Assembly: GCA_041483895.1 (NCBI GenBank)
Contig: JBGPGO010000012.1
Span: 32,001-96,000, forward strand
DNA length: 64,000 nucleotides
Source: Fimbriimonadia bacterium
GTDB taxonomy: Bacteria > Armatimonadota > Fimbriimonadia > Fimbriimonadales > JABRVX01
Direction: 5' to 3'
This document shows, one piece after another, positions 10,230 through 19,561 of the stretch; position 1 is the first letter of the stretch, and every line of letters begins with the position of its first letter. Made by a program: the position numbers and the translations under genes. Under the pieces are notes generated by a model, which was not told the DNA's origin, ran no database searches, and saw nothing but the letters and a program-made list of their open reading frames with translations.

Positions 10230-10234
10230 TTCCC

Positions 10235-11014
10235 ATGACACCCGAGGAGACCATCGGCCTGGGTCTCGTCGCGTTTGGGGCGGGGGCGTTCGGCGGCATG
10301 TTCGGATTGGGAGGCGGGATTATCCTGGTCCCGGCCATGAAAGAGTGGTTTCACCTTCCCACTGAGAAGGTGGTCGCCGCCAGCCTGATCGGCATCGTGG
10401 CCACCTCCATCGCCTCGTCTCTGGTCTATCTTAAACGCGATTTGGTGGATCTTTCGCTCGCGAACCGGCTCTTGTTGATGACCGTGATCGGATCTGTGGC
10501 GGGCGCATGGATCGGGAAGATGCTGTTCAATCAGGCTGCGGGGGAGCGCGTTCTGGCAGGTCTGTTTGCCGTCATCATCATAGCGGCCATGTTCTTTCTG
10601 TTCCGGCGAAAGGAGGCCGACGATGGGAACGCAAGCGATGATCTTCGCGTACAGCCCGCCGCGTACGGCTCGGTCTTTGGTGGCGGCGTGATCTCATCCC
10701 TGCTGGGCGTCGGCGGGGGAATCATCAACGTTCCTACGATCACGATTCTTGTCGGCGCGCCGGTCCGGGTTTCGATGGCCACCAGCGCGTTCATGATCGG
10801 CGTAACGGCGGCTTCGGGCTCGGCAATCTACCTGATGCACGGGAGTGTGGACCCAACGGTTGCCGGTCCAACCCTGCTTGGTCTGTTTTTGGGCGCCCAG
10901 GTCGGGGCGCGCACCTCCCGCTATGTCAGCGGCAAAGGGCTGCGACTTAGTTTCTGCGTTGTCCTGCTCTATATGCTCTTTTTGCAGGGAAGGCGGGCGC
11001 TCGGTGTCGGCTGA
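10235..11014 (+). CDS. TauE/SafE-family sulfite exporter
   Basis: Two GxGGG.I.VP repeats, about 8 TM segments. Confidence 0.88.
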   Translation: MTPEETIGLGLVAFGAGAFGGMFGLGGGIILVPAMKEWFHLPTEKVVAASLIGIVATSIASSLVYLKRDLVDLSLANRLLLMTVIGSVAGAWIGKMLFNQAAGERVLAGLFAVIIIAAMFFLFRRKEADDGNASDDLRVQPAAYGSVFGGGVISSLLGVGGGIINVPTITILVGAPVRVSMATSAFMIGVTAASGSAIYLMHGSVDPTVAGPTLLGLFLGAQVGARTSRYVSGKGLRLSFCVVLLYMLFLQGRRALGVG

Positions 11015-11273
11015 GTCGAAGGCGAGCCGGGTCATCTTGCTCATCGGGTTGGCTGCGGGGTTGTTGGTTTTTCTGATTGGCGGAGGATTGGCTCACACCG
11101 GCCATCTCGGACCGGGAACGGCCGTGGCGTTTGTGGGACTATGGGTCCTCGTATGCACGCCGCTCGCCGCATTGGTCGCCGGCGCATTCAAAACCAATCG
11201 ATTGGAATTTCGGAGGGCGGTATTCACGCTGCTCGTGCTGGCCGCCGGCCTCTTCCTGGGATTGAAGAAGTGA
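11004..11273 (+). CDS. Small membrane protein (DUF1634-like TauE partner)
   Basis: GTG start, three hydrophobic segments with GLWVLVCTP; translationally coupled between tauE and ispE. Confidence 0.6.
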   Translation: MSAESKASRVILLIGLAAGLLVFLIGGGLAHTGHLGPGTAVAFVGLWVLVCTPLAALVAGAFKTNRLEFRRAVFTLLVLAAGLFLGLKK

Positions 11274-12064
11274 TTCTTCGTCCTCCGGCAAAAATCAATT
11301 TTACGCTGGATGTCGGATTGCCGCGTACGGACGGCTACCATGACATCGACTCCATTTTCGTCGCCGTCGACCTGCGGGACGAGCTGGAGATCGAGCTCGG
11401 CGAAGGTCCCGTGCTGCCAGAGGACGACCTCGTGATGGGCGCATTGCGCCTGCTGGATCTTACGCAGGCATGGACGGTGCGGTTGACCAAGAACATTCCT
11501 TCGCAAGCAGGCCTGGGAGGGGGGAGCAGCGACGCGGCCGCCGCGCTGATTGCTGGGTCTCATTTGCTTGGCCGCTCACGTGACATCCTCCCCGACCTGG
11601 CCCTTCAGCTTGGCAGCGACGTGCCGTTTTTTCTGACCGGCGGCGCGGCTCGATGCCAGGGCCGCGGCGAACAGATAACGTCCTTGCCGGACCTGCCAGA
11701 GACCTGGTTCTGTCTCGGAAAGCCGGACGTTGGCGTCGCGACCCCGGAGGCTTTCGAGCTTCTGGACGCCAAGCCAGACAGAATACCGGGTTCAACCACG
11801 CCTCAACTGCTGGACATTTTGCCCGATCTGCAGTTCTCCAACGACTTTCTGCCCTTCATCTTTACGCGCTATCCCGCTGTAGCCAGGACCGCACGTCTGT
11901 TGATGAGCGCCGGCGCCAACGCTATCCTCCTCTGTGGCAGCGGCTCGGCGGTAGCAGGCCTTTGCAATAACCAAGGGCATGCGGAAGGGTTGGCCCAGGC
12001 CGTGGCGAACGCTGGGCTATGGTCGGCGCCCGTGCGTACCCTCAAGAGAAGCGAGTGGCCATAG
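11270..12064 (+). CDS. ispE: 4-(cytidine 5'-diphospho)-2-C-methyl-D-erythritol kinase
   Basis: PAKINFTL, DGYHDI, KNIPSQAGLGGGSSDAA and GSDVPFF motifs. Confidence 0.95.
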   Translation: MILRPPAKINFTLDVGLPRTDGYHDIDSIFVAVDLRDELEIELGEGPVLPEDDLVMGALRLLDLTQAWTVRLTKNIPSQAGLGGGSSDAAAALIAGSHLLGRSRDILPDLALQLGSDVPFFLTGGAARCQGRGEQITSLPDLPETWFCLGKPDVGVATPEAFELLDAKPDRIPGSTTPQLLDILPDLQFSNDFLPFIFTRYPAVARTARLLMSAGANAILLCGSGSAVAGLCNNQGHAEGLAQAVANAGLWSAPVRTLKRSEWP

Positions 12065-12822
12065 CGCCTCGGTCCGTTTCCGCCTTGGTTTTGGCCGGCG
12101 GCCGTTGCCCGCCGGATCTGCAACTGGCGGCGGGGGTGGAAAAACGGGCGCATCTTCCGTTCCGCGGGCGGTTGCTGATTGACTGGGTTCTCGACGCGCT
12201 GACCGGCTCGGCATGCATCGGCGAGATCGTTGTTGTTGGCGATCTTCCGGCGCGCGATTCCTACGTTTTGGCACCGGAAGGCGACACGTTTTTGGAGAGT
12301 ATCCGGAACGGATTGGAGAAAGTGAGCGGCGAGAATGTGCTGCTGGTTTCCGGCGATATTCCGTTCCTGACAGTCCAAGCGGTCGAACAGTTCTGCGAGG
12401 AGGCGGTGGCGAGCGGCGCGGATATGTGCTATGCCATCGTCCCGCGCGAGGTCTGCCAGGCGGAGTTCCCCACCGTCAAGCGGACATACGTGAAACTGCG
12501 AGAGGGCGTTTTCACTGGCGGCAACATCGTCTATGGCCGGGTCGAGTTTTTCCGATCCAATTGGGAGCGATTGCAGGCGGCATACGGAGCGCGTAAGAAG
12601 CCGATCAAATTGGCCTCGATCATGGGGTTTGGCACGCTGTTGCGATTTGGCATCGGCCAGCTTCTTCCCTATGTCTTCCCGCTTCGATCTGCGGAAAAGG
12701 CGGTTAGCCGACTGCTCGGTGGGCGCGTGCAAGCAATAATCTCTCCCCACTCCGGGGTTGGAACGGATATCGATTCGATGGAGCATTGGGCGGCGCTAGG
12801 CGGTAAATCGGCTACGATCTAG
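12055..12822 (+). CDS. MobA-like nucleotidyltransferase-family protein
   Basis: ALVLAGG, GDIPFL, FTGGNI and GTDID motifs. Confidence 0.8.
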   Translation: MAIAPRSVSALVLAGGRCPPDLQLAAGVEKRAHLPFRGRLLIDWVLDALTGSACIGEIVVVGDLPARDSYVLAPEGDTFLESIRNGLEKVSGENVLLVSGDIPFLTVQAVEQFCEEAVASGADMCYAIVPREVCQAEFPTVKRTYVKLREGVFTGGNIVYGRVEFFRSNWERLQAAYGARKKPIKLASIMGFGTLLRFGIGQLLPYVFPLRSAEKAVSRLLGGRVQAIISPHSGVGTDIDSMEHWAALGGKSATI

Positions 12823-12823
12823 C

Positions 12824-13195
12824 ATGGAAGTTGAAAAGAGGACGTCAGTCCGAAGAAGGGTTCTCTTCTGTGGGTTGGTCCTGTTTGCCATGTTTGTCGG
12901 GTACTTGGTGGGGCTCAGTCAAGCGATGCAAGGCATGCCCTGGATCATCTTTGGATTTGAGCGGCAGTATGCAGGGGACAAGATCATTCTTGGGCCAGAG
13001 CCTTTTTTCGCTGTCGATCGGCTGGAGGTAGCCAAATTCACCAGGAAAACCTATCCGTTCGTTCCGAAGGGCGCAGAGGGCAATGTGCTCATCCAAGGCG
13101 GTACGCGCCTGATCTTCTCAGACGGTTCGGTCCGGGTATACCCACGTGTAGTCCTCACTTTCAAGAACGGCACAGTGGTTGTATATCCATATTGA
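12824..13195 (+). CDS. Hypothetical protein with an N-terminal membrane anchor
   Basis: ORF directly after the operon, with one TM helix. Confidence 0.55.
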   Translation: MEVEKRTSVRRRVLFCGLVLFAMFVGYLVGLSQAMQGMPWIIFGFERQYAGDKIILGPEPFFAVDRLEVAKFTRKTYPFVPKGAEGNVLIQGGTRLIFSDGSVRVYPRVVLTFKNGTVVVYPY

Positions 13196-13303
13196 CCGAA
13201 GGCAACGACCCTCTTCGAGGCGACAGCTGGCTCGTGAACCAGGCAAGGATATCAGGTTGACGGTGAATATGAATTTTGCCCGCTAACTGAGGGGCTTCTC
13301 AGG

Positions 13304-13332
13304 TTGAAATAATGCCGGAACCGCGTTATACT
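13304..13332 (+). promoter_or_regulatory. Sigma70-type promoter
   Basis: TTGAAA-17 nt-TATACT upstream of the CDS at 13372. Confidence 0.65.
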
Positions 13333-13371
13333 GTATGTTAGCAAGTTGGGAATTGCAAAGGGAGTAGAGTC

Positions 13372-14478
13372 ATGAAATTCCGCTGGATCGCGGCGTTGGT
13401 TGTCTGTGCCGGTAGCTCGTTCGCTACAGAAGTTGGGACGTTCTCGAATTATCGCCTGTATTTTTCCGCTTACAACCTCGTAACAAGCCCAGATATGAGT
13501 ACGTACGGGAACATGTGGTTGGCCGGCGGAACCGTATGGCATCAGACGGATACGCTCACGCCGGAATTCCTATCTACGGTCACCGTATTCGTCACCAGCA
13601 AGATCGGGACGATCAACTACACGCAGGCCGAGGTCGACGCGCTTGCCGACTGGGTCCGCAACGGCGGCACGCTTGTTATGATGGGTGAGTGCGCGTGCTA
13701 CGCCACGCATCCCATGTACAACACATTGCTCGCCCCCTATCAGATTTCGCTCTGGGGCGCCGACGTGATCGGGACGGGCACAGTGATCGCGTCGCACAGG
13801 TTGACCCAGGGGCTCAGCCAGGTCTATATCGCCAAGAACGGCCAGGTGACCGCTCCCGCGGAAGCAACCCGATTGGTCAACGATTCCAGTGGGTATCTCG
13901 CATCGATCGTCATGGAACAGACTCCGATCGTCGGGAAGGGCCGCCTGTTTCTCATCGCCGACTGCGACATGTTCGACAACAACCATCAGGGTTGGGAGCC
14001 GACGGCGAACGCCTACGCGCAGAACATCGTCAACTGGGCTTTGCATCCAGGGGCGAGCCTGTCCGGCACCGTCAGCGCGGAGAACATTTCAGGCAGCTTG
14101 GCCGGCGTGCCGATGACTCTCGATTGCTACCAGAACCAGCAGGTCGTGGACACGAAGACCGTTGCGCTGGACGCGAGTGGTCACTATTCCGTGAGCTTTG
14201 ATCAGCCGAGTACTTGCACGATCGTCGCGAAACTTCCGCAGTGGTTGTCTGTCCGCGCCAGCGATGTGGTCGTGGCAGAGGGAACAAACCTGGATTGGTA
14301 TTTCCCGATCAACGGCGATGCCACGCATGACAATTCTGTGGACCTGTTTGATTTCAACACAATCGTGACGAACTTCGGCAGTACCGGCCCGAACGATGCG
14401 GACCTGGACATGGACGACATCGTCAGCATGTTTGATCTCAATCTGATCTTCCTCAACTTCGGTTCCACCGGCGAGTAA
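13372..14478 (+). CDS. Secreted protein: GATase/DUF4350-like domain, Ig-like domain and dockerin-like C-terminus
   Basis: Signal peptide, EVDALADWVRNGGTLVMMG, GKGRLFLIAD; C-terminal NGDATHDNSVDLFDFN...DLDMDDIVSMFDLN paired EF-loop motif. Confidence 0.75.
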   Translation: MKFRWIAALVVCAGSSFATEVGTFSNYRLYFSAYNLVTSPDMSTYGNMWLAGGTVWHQTDTLTPEFLSTVTVFVTSKIGTINYTQAEVDALADWVRNGGTLVMMGECACYATHPMYNTLLAPYQISLWGADVIGTGTVIASHRLTQGLSQVYIAKNGQVTAPAEATRLVNDSSGYLASIVMEQTPIVGKGRLFLIADCDMFDNNHQGWEPTANAYAQNIVNWALHPGASLSGTVSAENISGSLAGVPMTLDCYQNQQVVDTKTVALDASGHYSVSFDQPSTCTIVAKLPQWLSVRASDVVVAEGTNLDWYFPINGDATHDNSVDLFDFNTIVTNFGSTGPNDADLDMDDIVSMFDLNLIFLNFGSTGE

Positions 14479-14495
14479 TTCGCCTCGCAGAAGTA

Positions 14496-14533
14496 ATTCC
14501 TCCGCACGAACGTGCGGAGGAATTGTCTTTTTT
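14496..14533 (+). terminator. Rho-independent terminator
   Basis: AATTCCTCCGCACG-AA-CGTGCGGAGGAATT hairpin followed by a T-run. Confidence 0.75.
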
Positions 14534-14560
14534 GCACTCGCCTAGCCCCACCAACCACGC

Positions 14561-14726
14561 TGTCATTCCGAAGGAGCGAAGCGACTGAGGAATCTTTCAG
14601 AACTTCCCGTCATCCGCAAACGATATTGGATGGCAGAGACTCTTGAAAGGGATTCCTCGCTCCGCTTCGGAATGACAACCTTGCCTGCCGAGACCGGGAT
14701 TCCTGGCTTCGCTGCGGAACGACAGC
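14561..14726. repeat. GTCATTCCG-type REP-like palindrome (inverted pair plus a degenerate third half)
   Basis: TGTCATTCCGAAGGAGCGAAGCGACTGAGGAATC...GATTCCTCGCTCCGCTTCGGAATGACA; same family as 21685-21822. Confidence 0.8.
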
Positions 14727-14755
14727 CTTGCTCCTGGCGGAACAAGGACCTGCGG

Positions 14756-16459
14756 CTACGGGTCCGTCGGATTTACGTGCAGCGTCTTTTCATTCGAGTA
14801 GGTAACGGCGCCCGGCGGGGCCGACCGCGGTTTGCGAACGTATTTCTTTAACATGTAGTCCACCGCGACCATCGAAGAGTGTTTCGCCGGACTGTTGCGT
14901 GCCACCAACCGCGCCGCAGCCTGCAACACCGTCGGCGGAACGCGCTCCGGGTGATTGTTCGTCGGTATCACGGCGTGCGCGCTGGTCCCACCCCGTACAT
15001 GCAGCCATAGATCATTGGGCCTCGCCACTTTTTGCGTCAGGTGGTCGTTCGAGGTGGCGTTCTCCCCATATAGGATTAGGAAGCCCTCCGCCGTGCGAAC
15101 CTCCCGGATTCGGAAGCCCTGGTACGGCCGATCCTCTCTGTCGCGCGCGACGGCCTCTTGCCGGTGCAGCCATCCGCGGCGGGTTGCGACGGCTCGCATT
15201 TCAGCCAGGCCGTGCTCATCCATCTGGTCCATTCTTTCGATCATCGATTCCAGGTCGGCAATGTCGCTCAAAAGAATCGCCCGCCGATCGGTCCTCGATT
15301 GCGCCGCGCCCTTTGCTTTCTTCGCCCTTCCAAAATAGGATTCTGCGTTCTCCACAGCGGACAGCTCCGAGTCCAGCGGAATCTCGACGGGCTTCTGTTC
15401 TGGGTCCGAGTAGTCCGGCGCAACGAGGCGCTCCGATTTTGGCGGGAGCGAGTGTCCGTATGCCAGAATCAGATCACCAAATATCTGGTATCGATCCGCA
15501 AGCGCGGACTCCCCCAGCGCCCTGTCCAAATCGTCCACCGCGTGCTGGAACGAGTCCCGTGCCTTGCCGAGAGCGGCCGCCAACTGGGTCCTAATCGCAG
15601 TGGCGCGCGCCCGAGGAATTGCGGCAAGATAGTAGGCATCCAACGCCGCGCTCGTCGAGGCCTGGCGATGGGCAGTGATGGGCTCCGGCGCGGCGACCGG
15701 AAACGGGTAGGCGCCAACTGCCAAACCCTGTTCATCCCGAAACAGCACCGGTTCCCAACGGCCGTTCGCAATCGTGTCCCGCCATTCCATGTATGCGGCG
15801 CGCAGTCCGGGCCGGGACTGACCGGCGCGATCCCAAAGCTGGCCGGCCAAAAACGGGCTCATGCCCACGACATTTTCCACCAACCACTTTGGACCGACCT
15901 CTTCCGCGTCGCGGACCAGCGCCTCGAATTCGTCCACGTCCATCGCCAGCGGATTGAAACCGGAAGGAGCGGGAGGCGGTTGATATTTGAGACCCGGCCT
16001 CACCTGCCTCCGCGACTGCTTGCTGCCAACGATCTTTGCCGCCGCCAGGATCTCCTCGGAAGAATCGAGGAGCATGATGTTCGAATGCTTGCCCATCAGC
16101 TCCACCAAATAAGTAAACACCCGGCCGCCGTCGCCCCGAACGGCAATCTCCAAGACCCGATCGAACCCCAGTTGGATGATGGATTCGATAAAGCCATTCT
16201 CCGTCCAACGGCGGGCGGTCATACAGAAGGTTGGTGGCTCCGGAGGGTTCGCGGGCCGCACAGAAGTCAAATGGGCGCGGGGAAATTCCGGATCGCACGA
16301 GAGAATCAGATGGTGGTTGACCCCGCGGCCATGCACCTGCAAGATCAGCGTGCGCTCCTCCGGCTGGGTGATCTTCTGCAGCCTTCCACCAATGAGCGCC
16401 TGGCAATCGGAGGTGACGGCTGCCAACGTTGTGCTGTCAAATGGGACCTTGTAGGCCAT
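14756..16459 (-). CDS. rqcH: RqcH/Rqc2 (NFACT, FbpA-like) ribosome quality-control protein
   Basis: ELMGKHSNIML, ENAESYF..AKK, GENATSNDHLT, DLWLHVRG..SAH motifs. Confidence 0.9.
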   Translation of the reverse strand: MAYKVPFDSTTLAAVTSDCQALIGGRLQKITQPEERTLILQVHGRGVNHHLILSCDPEFPRAHLTSVRPANPPEPPTFCMTARRWTENGFIESIIQLGFDRVLEIAVRGDGGRVFTYLVELMGKHSNIMLLDSSEEILAAAKIVGSKQSRRQVRPGLKYQPPPAPSGFNPLAMDVDEFEALVRDAEEVGPKWLVENVVGMSPFLAGQLWDRAGQSRPGLRAAYMEWRDTIANGRWEPVLFRDEQGLAVGAYPFPVAAPEPITAHRQASTSAALDAYYLAAIPRARATAIRTQLAAALGKARDSFQHAVDDLDRALGESALADRYQIFGDLILAYGHSLPPKSERLVAPDYSDPEQKPVEIPLDSELSAVENAESYFGRAKKAKGAAQSRTDRRAILLSDIADLESMIERMDQMDEHGLAEMRAVATRRGWLHRQEAVARDREDRPYQGFRIREVRTAEGFLILYGENATSNDHLTQKVARPNDLWLHVRGGTSAHAVIPTNNHPERVPPTVLQAAARLVARNSPAKHSSMVAVDYMLKKYVRKPRSAPPGAVTYSNEKTLHVNPTDP

Positions 16460-16502
16460 ACGGCTGCGATTATACGATCCCATGGTACTATTAGGAACGT
16501 CA

Positions 16503-17906
16503 ATGGCCTCGGTACGCGTACTTCGCGAGAGGCGGAGCGCCCACGCCGAGAGCGTCCCGCTAATCTTGTCCCCGAAACCCCTGTCGCATATTGTGTGGGG
16601 GCTTGCTTGGCCTGCCGTCACGGTCAACCTGATTCAGACCGTCAACATGTTCGTGGACCGGAGCTTTGTCAGCTCGCTCGGCACCGGCGCGCTGGCGGGT
16701 CATGGGACGGCAACCTCGGTTCTGTTCCTGATGTTTGGGGTTGCGATGGCCCTCGCCCAGGCGGCCACCGCCTTCGTATCCCGGTTCCACGGCGCACAGG
16801 ATGAGGAGCAGACGCAACGGTCCCTTTCCGAATGCCTATCTCTCGCGATGGTGCTGGCGGTGGTTTCCCTCGTATTGGGGTTCCTGCTCATGCATCCGCT
16901 TGTCAATTCCCTACTGGATGCGAAGAGCGCGGGGGCCAGGCTGGCGGCGATCTCTTTTCTTGGGGTGGCGCTGCTCGGGATCCCTGCCACTTACCTTAGC
17001 AATGTGATGGCGGGCGCGCTGCGCGGGGTCGGCGATACGAAGACGCCTATGTACGTGATGACGATCATGGTGTTCATCCACATGTCGGTGTCCTGGATCT
17101 TTATTTTTGGCCACTTTGGCGCGCCGAGGCTGGGGATCGCCGGCGCGGGAGTCGGGCTTGCGGCGTCCCAATGGTCCAGCGTGCTGATGTACGTGCCGCT
17201 GATGGCGCATAGGAATCTGGGACGCATGCGATTTCTGCGCCTGCCGACCAAGGAGTGGGTGCTTCGCATCCTTCGCATCGCCACTCCAACGATGATCCAG
17301 ACGATGTCGCGCAGCATCGGCTTTCTGATCTATATCGCCTTTTTGGACCGCACCCTTGAGGGCGCGAATGCTGTGGCCGCGTTGAACATCGGGACCGTGG
17401 CGGAGAGCATCGCGTTTATGCCGGCGTTCGGATACGCGATGGCGGCGAGCGCGCTGATCGGCCAGTCGCTGGGCGCCGGAGTGCCGGAGCGTGGCGAGCG
17501 GGCCACCTGGATCGCGGCATGGCAGGCGTGCCTCATCCTGACCGTTATGGGCGCGGCCATGTTCTTTTTCGCGCACGTATTCACGTCGATGTTTCCGGTG
17601 CAGGACAAGGCCGTTACGGGCCTTGTCGTTCGGTATCTGCAGATCGCCGCAGTGTGCGAACCCGCTTTCGCATATTCGATGGTGATGACGATGGCGCTCA
17701 ACGGGGCTGGGGACGTGATCCGGTCGGCCTGGATCGTGATCGCCTCGATGTGGTTTGTGCGTTTGCCGCTGGCGTTCGTCTGGGGTCTGCATTATGGCGG
17801 CGGCGCATCGGCTGTCTTTTGGTCAATGACGATCGCTGTGTTCACCGGGGCGATTCAGTCCGTCTGGGTGTTCCGTAGCGGTAAGTGGAAAACGGCGCGG
17901 GTCTAA
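16503..17906 (+). CDS. MATE-family efflux transporter
   Basis: LAWPA, VDRSFVSSLG, LRGVGDTKTPM, GIAGAG; about 12 TM segments. Confidence 0.92.
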   Translation: MASVRVLRERRSAHAESVPLILSPKPLSHIVWGLAWPAVTVNLIQTVNMFVDRSFVSSLGTGALAGHGTATSVLFLMFGVAMALAQAATAFVSRFHGAQDEEQTQRSLSECLSLAMVLAVVSLVLGFLLMHPLVNSLLDAKSAGARLAAISFLGVALLGIPATYLSNVMAGALRGVGDTKTPMYVMTIMVFIHMSVSWIFIFGHFGAPRLGIAGAGVGLAASQWSSVLMYVPLMAHRNLGRMRFLRLPTKEWVLRILRIATPTMIQTMSRSIGFLIYIAFLDRTLEGANAVAALNIGTVAESIAFMPAFGYAMAASALIGQSLGAGVPERGERATWIAAWQACLILTVMGAAMFFFAHVFTSMFPVQDKAVTGLVVRYLQIAAVCEPAFAYSMVMTMALNGAGDVIRSAWIVIASMWFVRLPLAFVWGLHYGGGASAVFWSMTIAVFTGAIQSVWVFRSGKWKTARV

Positions 17907-17919
17907 TCATGCGTTTTCG

Positions 17920-18083
17920 GTAGCCGCAGTTTCTCATTGCAATATCCCCGGCACTGCAGCCCCAAAACCTGCGTGACCACGGTGGACGTTTATGTACGGT
18001 TGGTTTCAAGCAATTCCGAACCTCCCACGCGGGTCTTGTGGTCGTCAATCCGCCACCGATTCAGAACGAGGACCCGCGGCTAC
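17920..18083. repeat. Inverted doublet (REPIN-like) of long-loop GTAG elements
   Basis: GTAGCCGCAG...AACCTGCG on the left and CGCGGGTC...GACCCGCGGCTAC on the right. Confidence 0.8.
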
Positions 18084-18136
18084 GACTCATTCGAGCTTTC
18101 AGCAGGGCATGCGCCAAGAAAAGAGAATGAATCTCC

Positions 18137-19561
18137 ATGGCGCGGATGTTGGCTATCGATATCGGGGCGGAGAGCGGGCGCGGGATTGTGGGGACGCTGG
18201 AAAGCGACCGGCTGACCATTGAAGAGGTCCACCGCTTCCCCAACGGCCCTGTGCAGGAAGCCGACGGCCTGCATTGGGACGGCCGCCGGTTGTTCGAAGA
18301 CGCGCAGGCGGCGATCCGGAAGGCGGGCCCGATCGATAGCATCGGAATCGATACCTGGGGTCTTGATCATGGCTTCATCGACAAGAATGGTGAGTTGCTG
18401 GCAAACCCATTCCATTACCGCGACGCGCGCACGGACGGCGTGATGGAGCAGGTGTTACGGATTGTGCCGAAGGATGAGATTTTCGCCATCACCGGCATCC
18501 AGTTCATGGGGATCAACACGCTGTACCAACTGTATGCGCAGCGCAACGATCCGATGTTGCACAATGCCGACGCGATGCTGCTCATGCCCAACTTGCTGGG
18601 CTATTGGCTGACCGGCGAGGTTTGCAACGAATTCTCTGATGCGACGACGACGCAATGCTATGATCCGCACGCAAAGGACTGGGCTTGGGGATTATTGAAG
18701 CGGCTCGGCATTCCGTCGCATTTTCTCGGAAAGGTTGTTTCGGCAGGCTCTTCGCTGGGTCGCCTGAAACCCGATCTAGGTCTCGGCGATACGATGGTGA
18801 TCAACGTCGCCACGCATGATACAGGCTCCGCGTTCGTTGCCGCGCCGGTCACGTCGCCCAACACCGGCGTAATCAGCTCCGGCACTTGGTCCATCATCGG
18901 CGTGGAATCCGCCGAGCCGGTGATCACGCCGGAAGCTCTTGAGGGCAACCTGTCCAACGAGGGCGGATACGGCAATCGGTTCCGTCTCATCAAGAACATT
19001 ACCGGCCTCTGGATCGTTCAAGAGCTTCGCCGCGAGTGGGGAGACCACACATACGAGGAGCTGACGAAGATGGCGGCGGAGGCCGAGCCGTTCCAGGCCG
19101 TCATCGATCCCGACTATCCGGCTTTCCTCGCGCCGGGCCCGATGGAGGGACGCATCGCCGAATTTTGCCGCGCCACGAATCAAACGATGCCGGTGACGAA
19201 AGGCGCATTGGTTCGGTCCGTGCTGGAAGGTCTTGCGATGAAGTACCGGTATGTGATCGAGCGGTTGGAACATGCGACCGGCCGCCGGATGGAGTGCATC
19301 CAGATCGTCGGGGGAGGCTCCAAGAACCGGCTGCTGTGTCAACTGACCGCCAACGCAACCGGCCGTCCCGTCGCCGCCGGGCCGATAGAGGCGACCGCCA
19401 TCGGCAACCTGATCGTGCAGGCAATATCACTGGGGTTGGTGAACGACCAGGAAGCGGGCAGGCAGATCGTCCGCCGATGCTTCGAGGACGAGCATTATGA
19501 TCCGATCAGGCCGGATGATTGGCAGCAGCCGTATCGGCGGTTGTGTGAACTGAGCGGCTGA
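18137..19561 (+). CDS. rhaB: Rhamnulokinase (FGGY family)
   Basis: LAIDIGAESGR, IGIDTWG, HYRDART, HDTGSA, ISSGTWS, NEGG and PIEATAIGN motifs. Confidence 0.88.
   Translation: MARMLAIDIGAESGRGIVGTLESDRLTIEEVHRFPNGPVQEADGLHWDGRRLFEDAQAAIRKAGPIDSIGIDTWGLDHGFIDKNGELLANPFHYRDARTDGVMEQVLRIVPKDEIFAITGIQFMGINTLYQLYAQRNDPMLHNADAMLLMPNLLGYWLTGEVCNEFSDATTTQCYDPHAKDWAWGLLKRLGIPSHFLGKVVSAGSSLGRLKPDLGLGDTMVINVATHDTGSAFVAAPVTSPNTGVISSGTWSIIGVESAEPVITPEALEGNLSNEGGYGNRFRLIKNITGLWIVQELRREWGDHTYEELTKMAAEAEPFQAVIDPDYPAFLAPGPMEGRIAEFCRATNQTMPVTKGALVRSVLEGLAMKYRYVIERLEHATGRRMECIQIVGGGSKNRLLCQLTANATGRPVAAGPIEATAIGNLIVQAISLGLVNDQEAGRQIVRRCFEDEHYDPIRPDDWQQPYRRLCELSG

Noticed and set aside
15158..16804. 548-aa + strand ORF (and similar ones at 58699-59661, 42142-43191 and 11869-12786)
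   Set aside because: Antisense shadows of well-supported genes in high-GC DNA.
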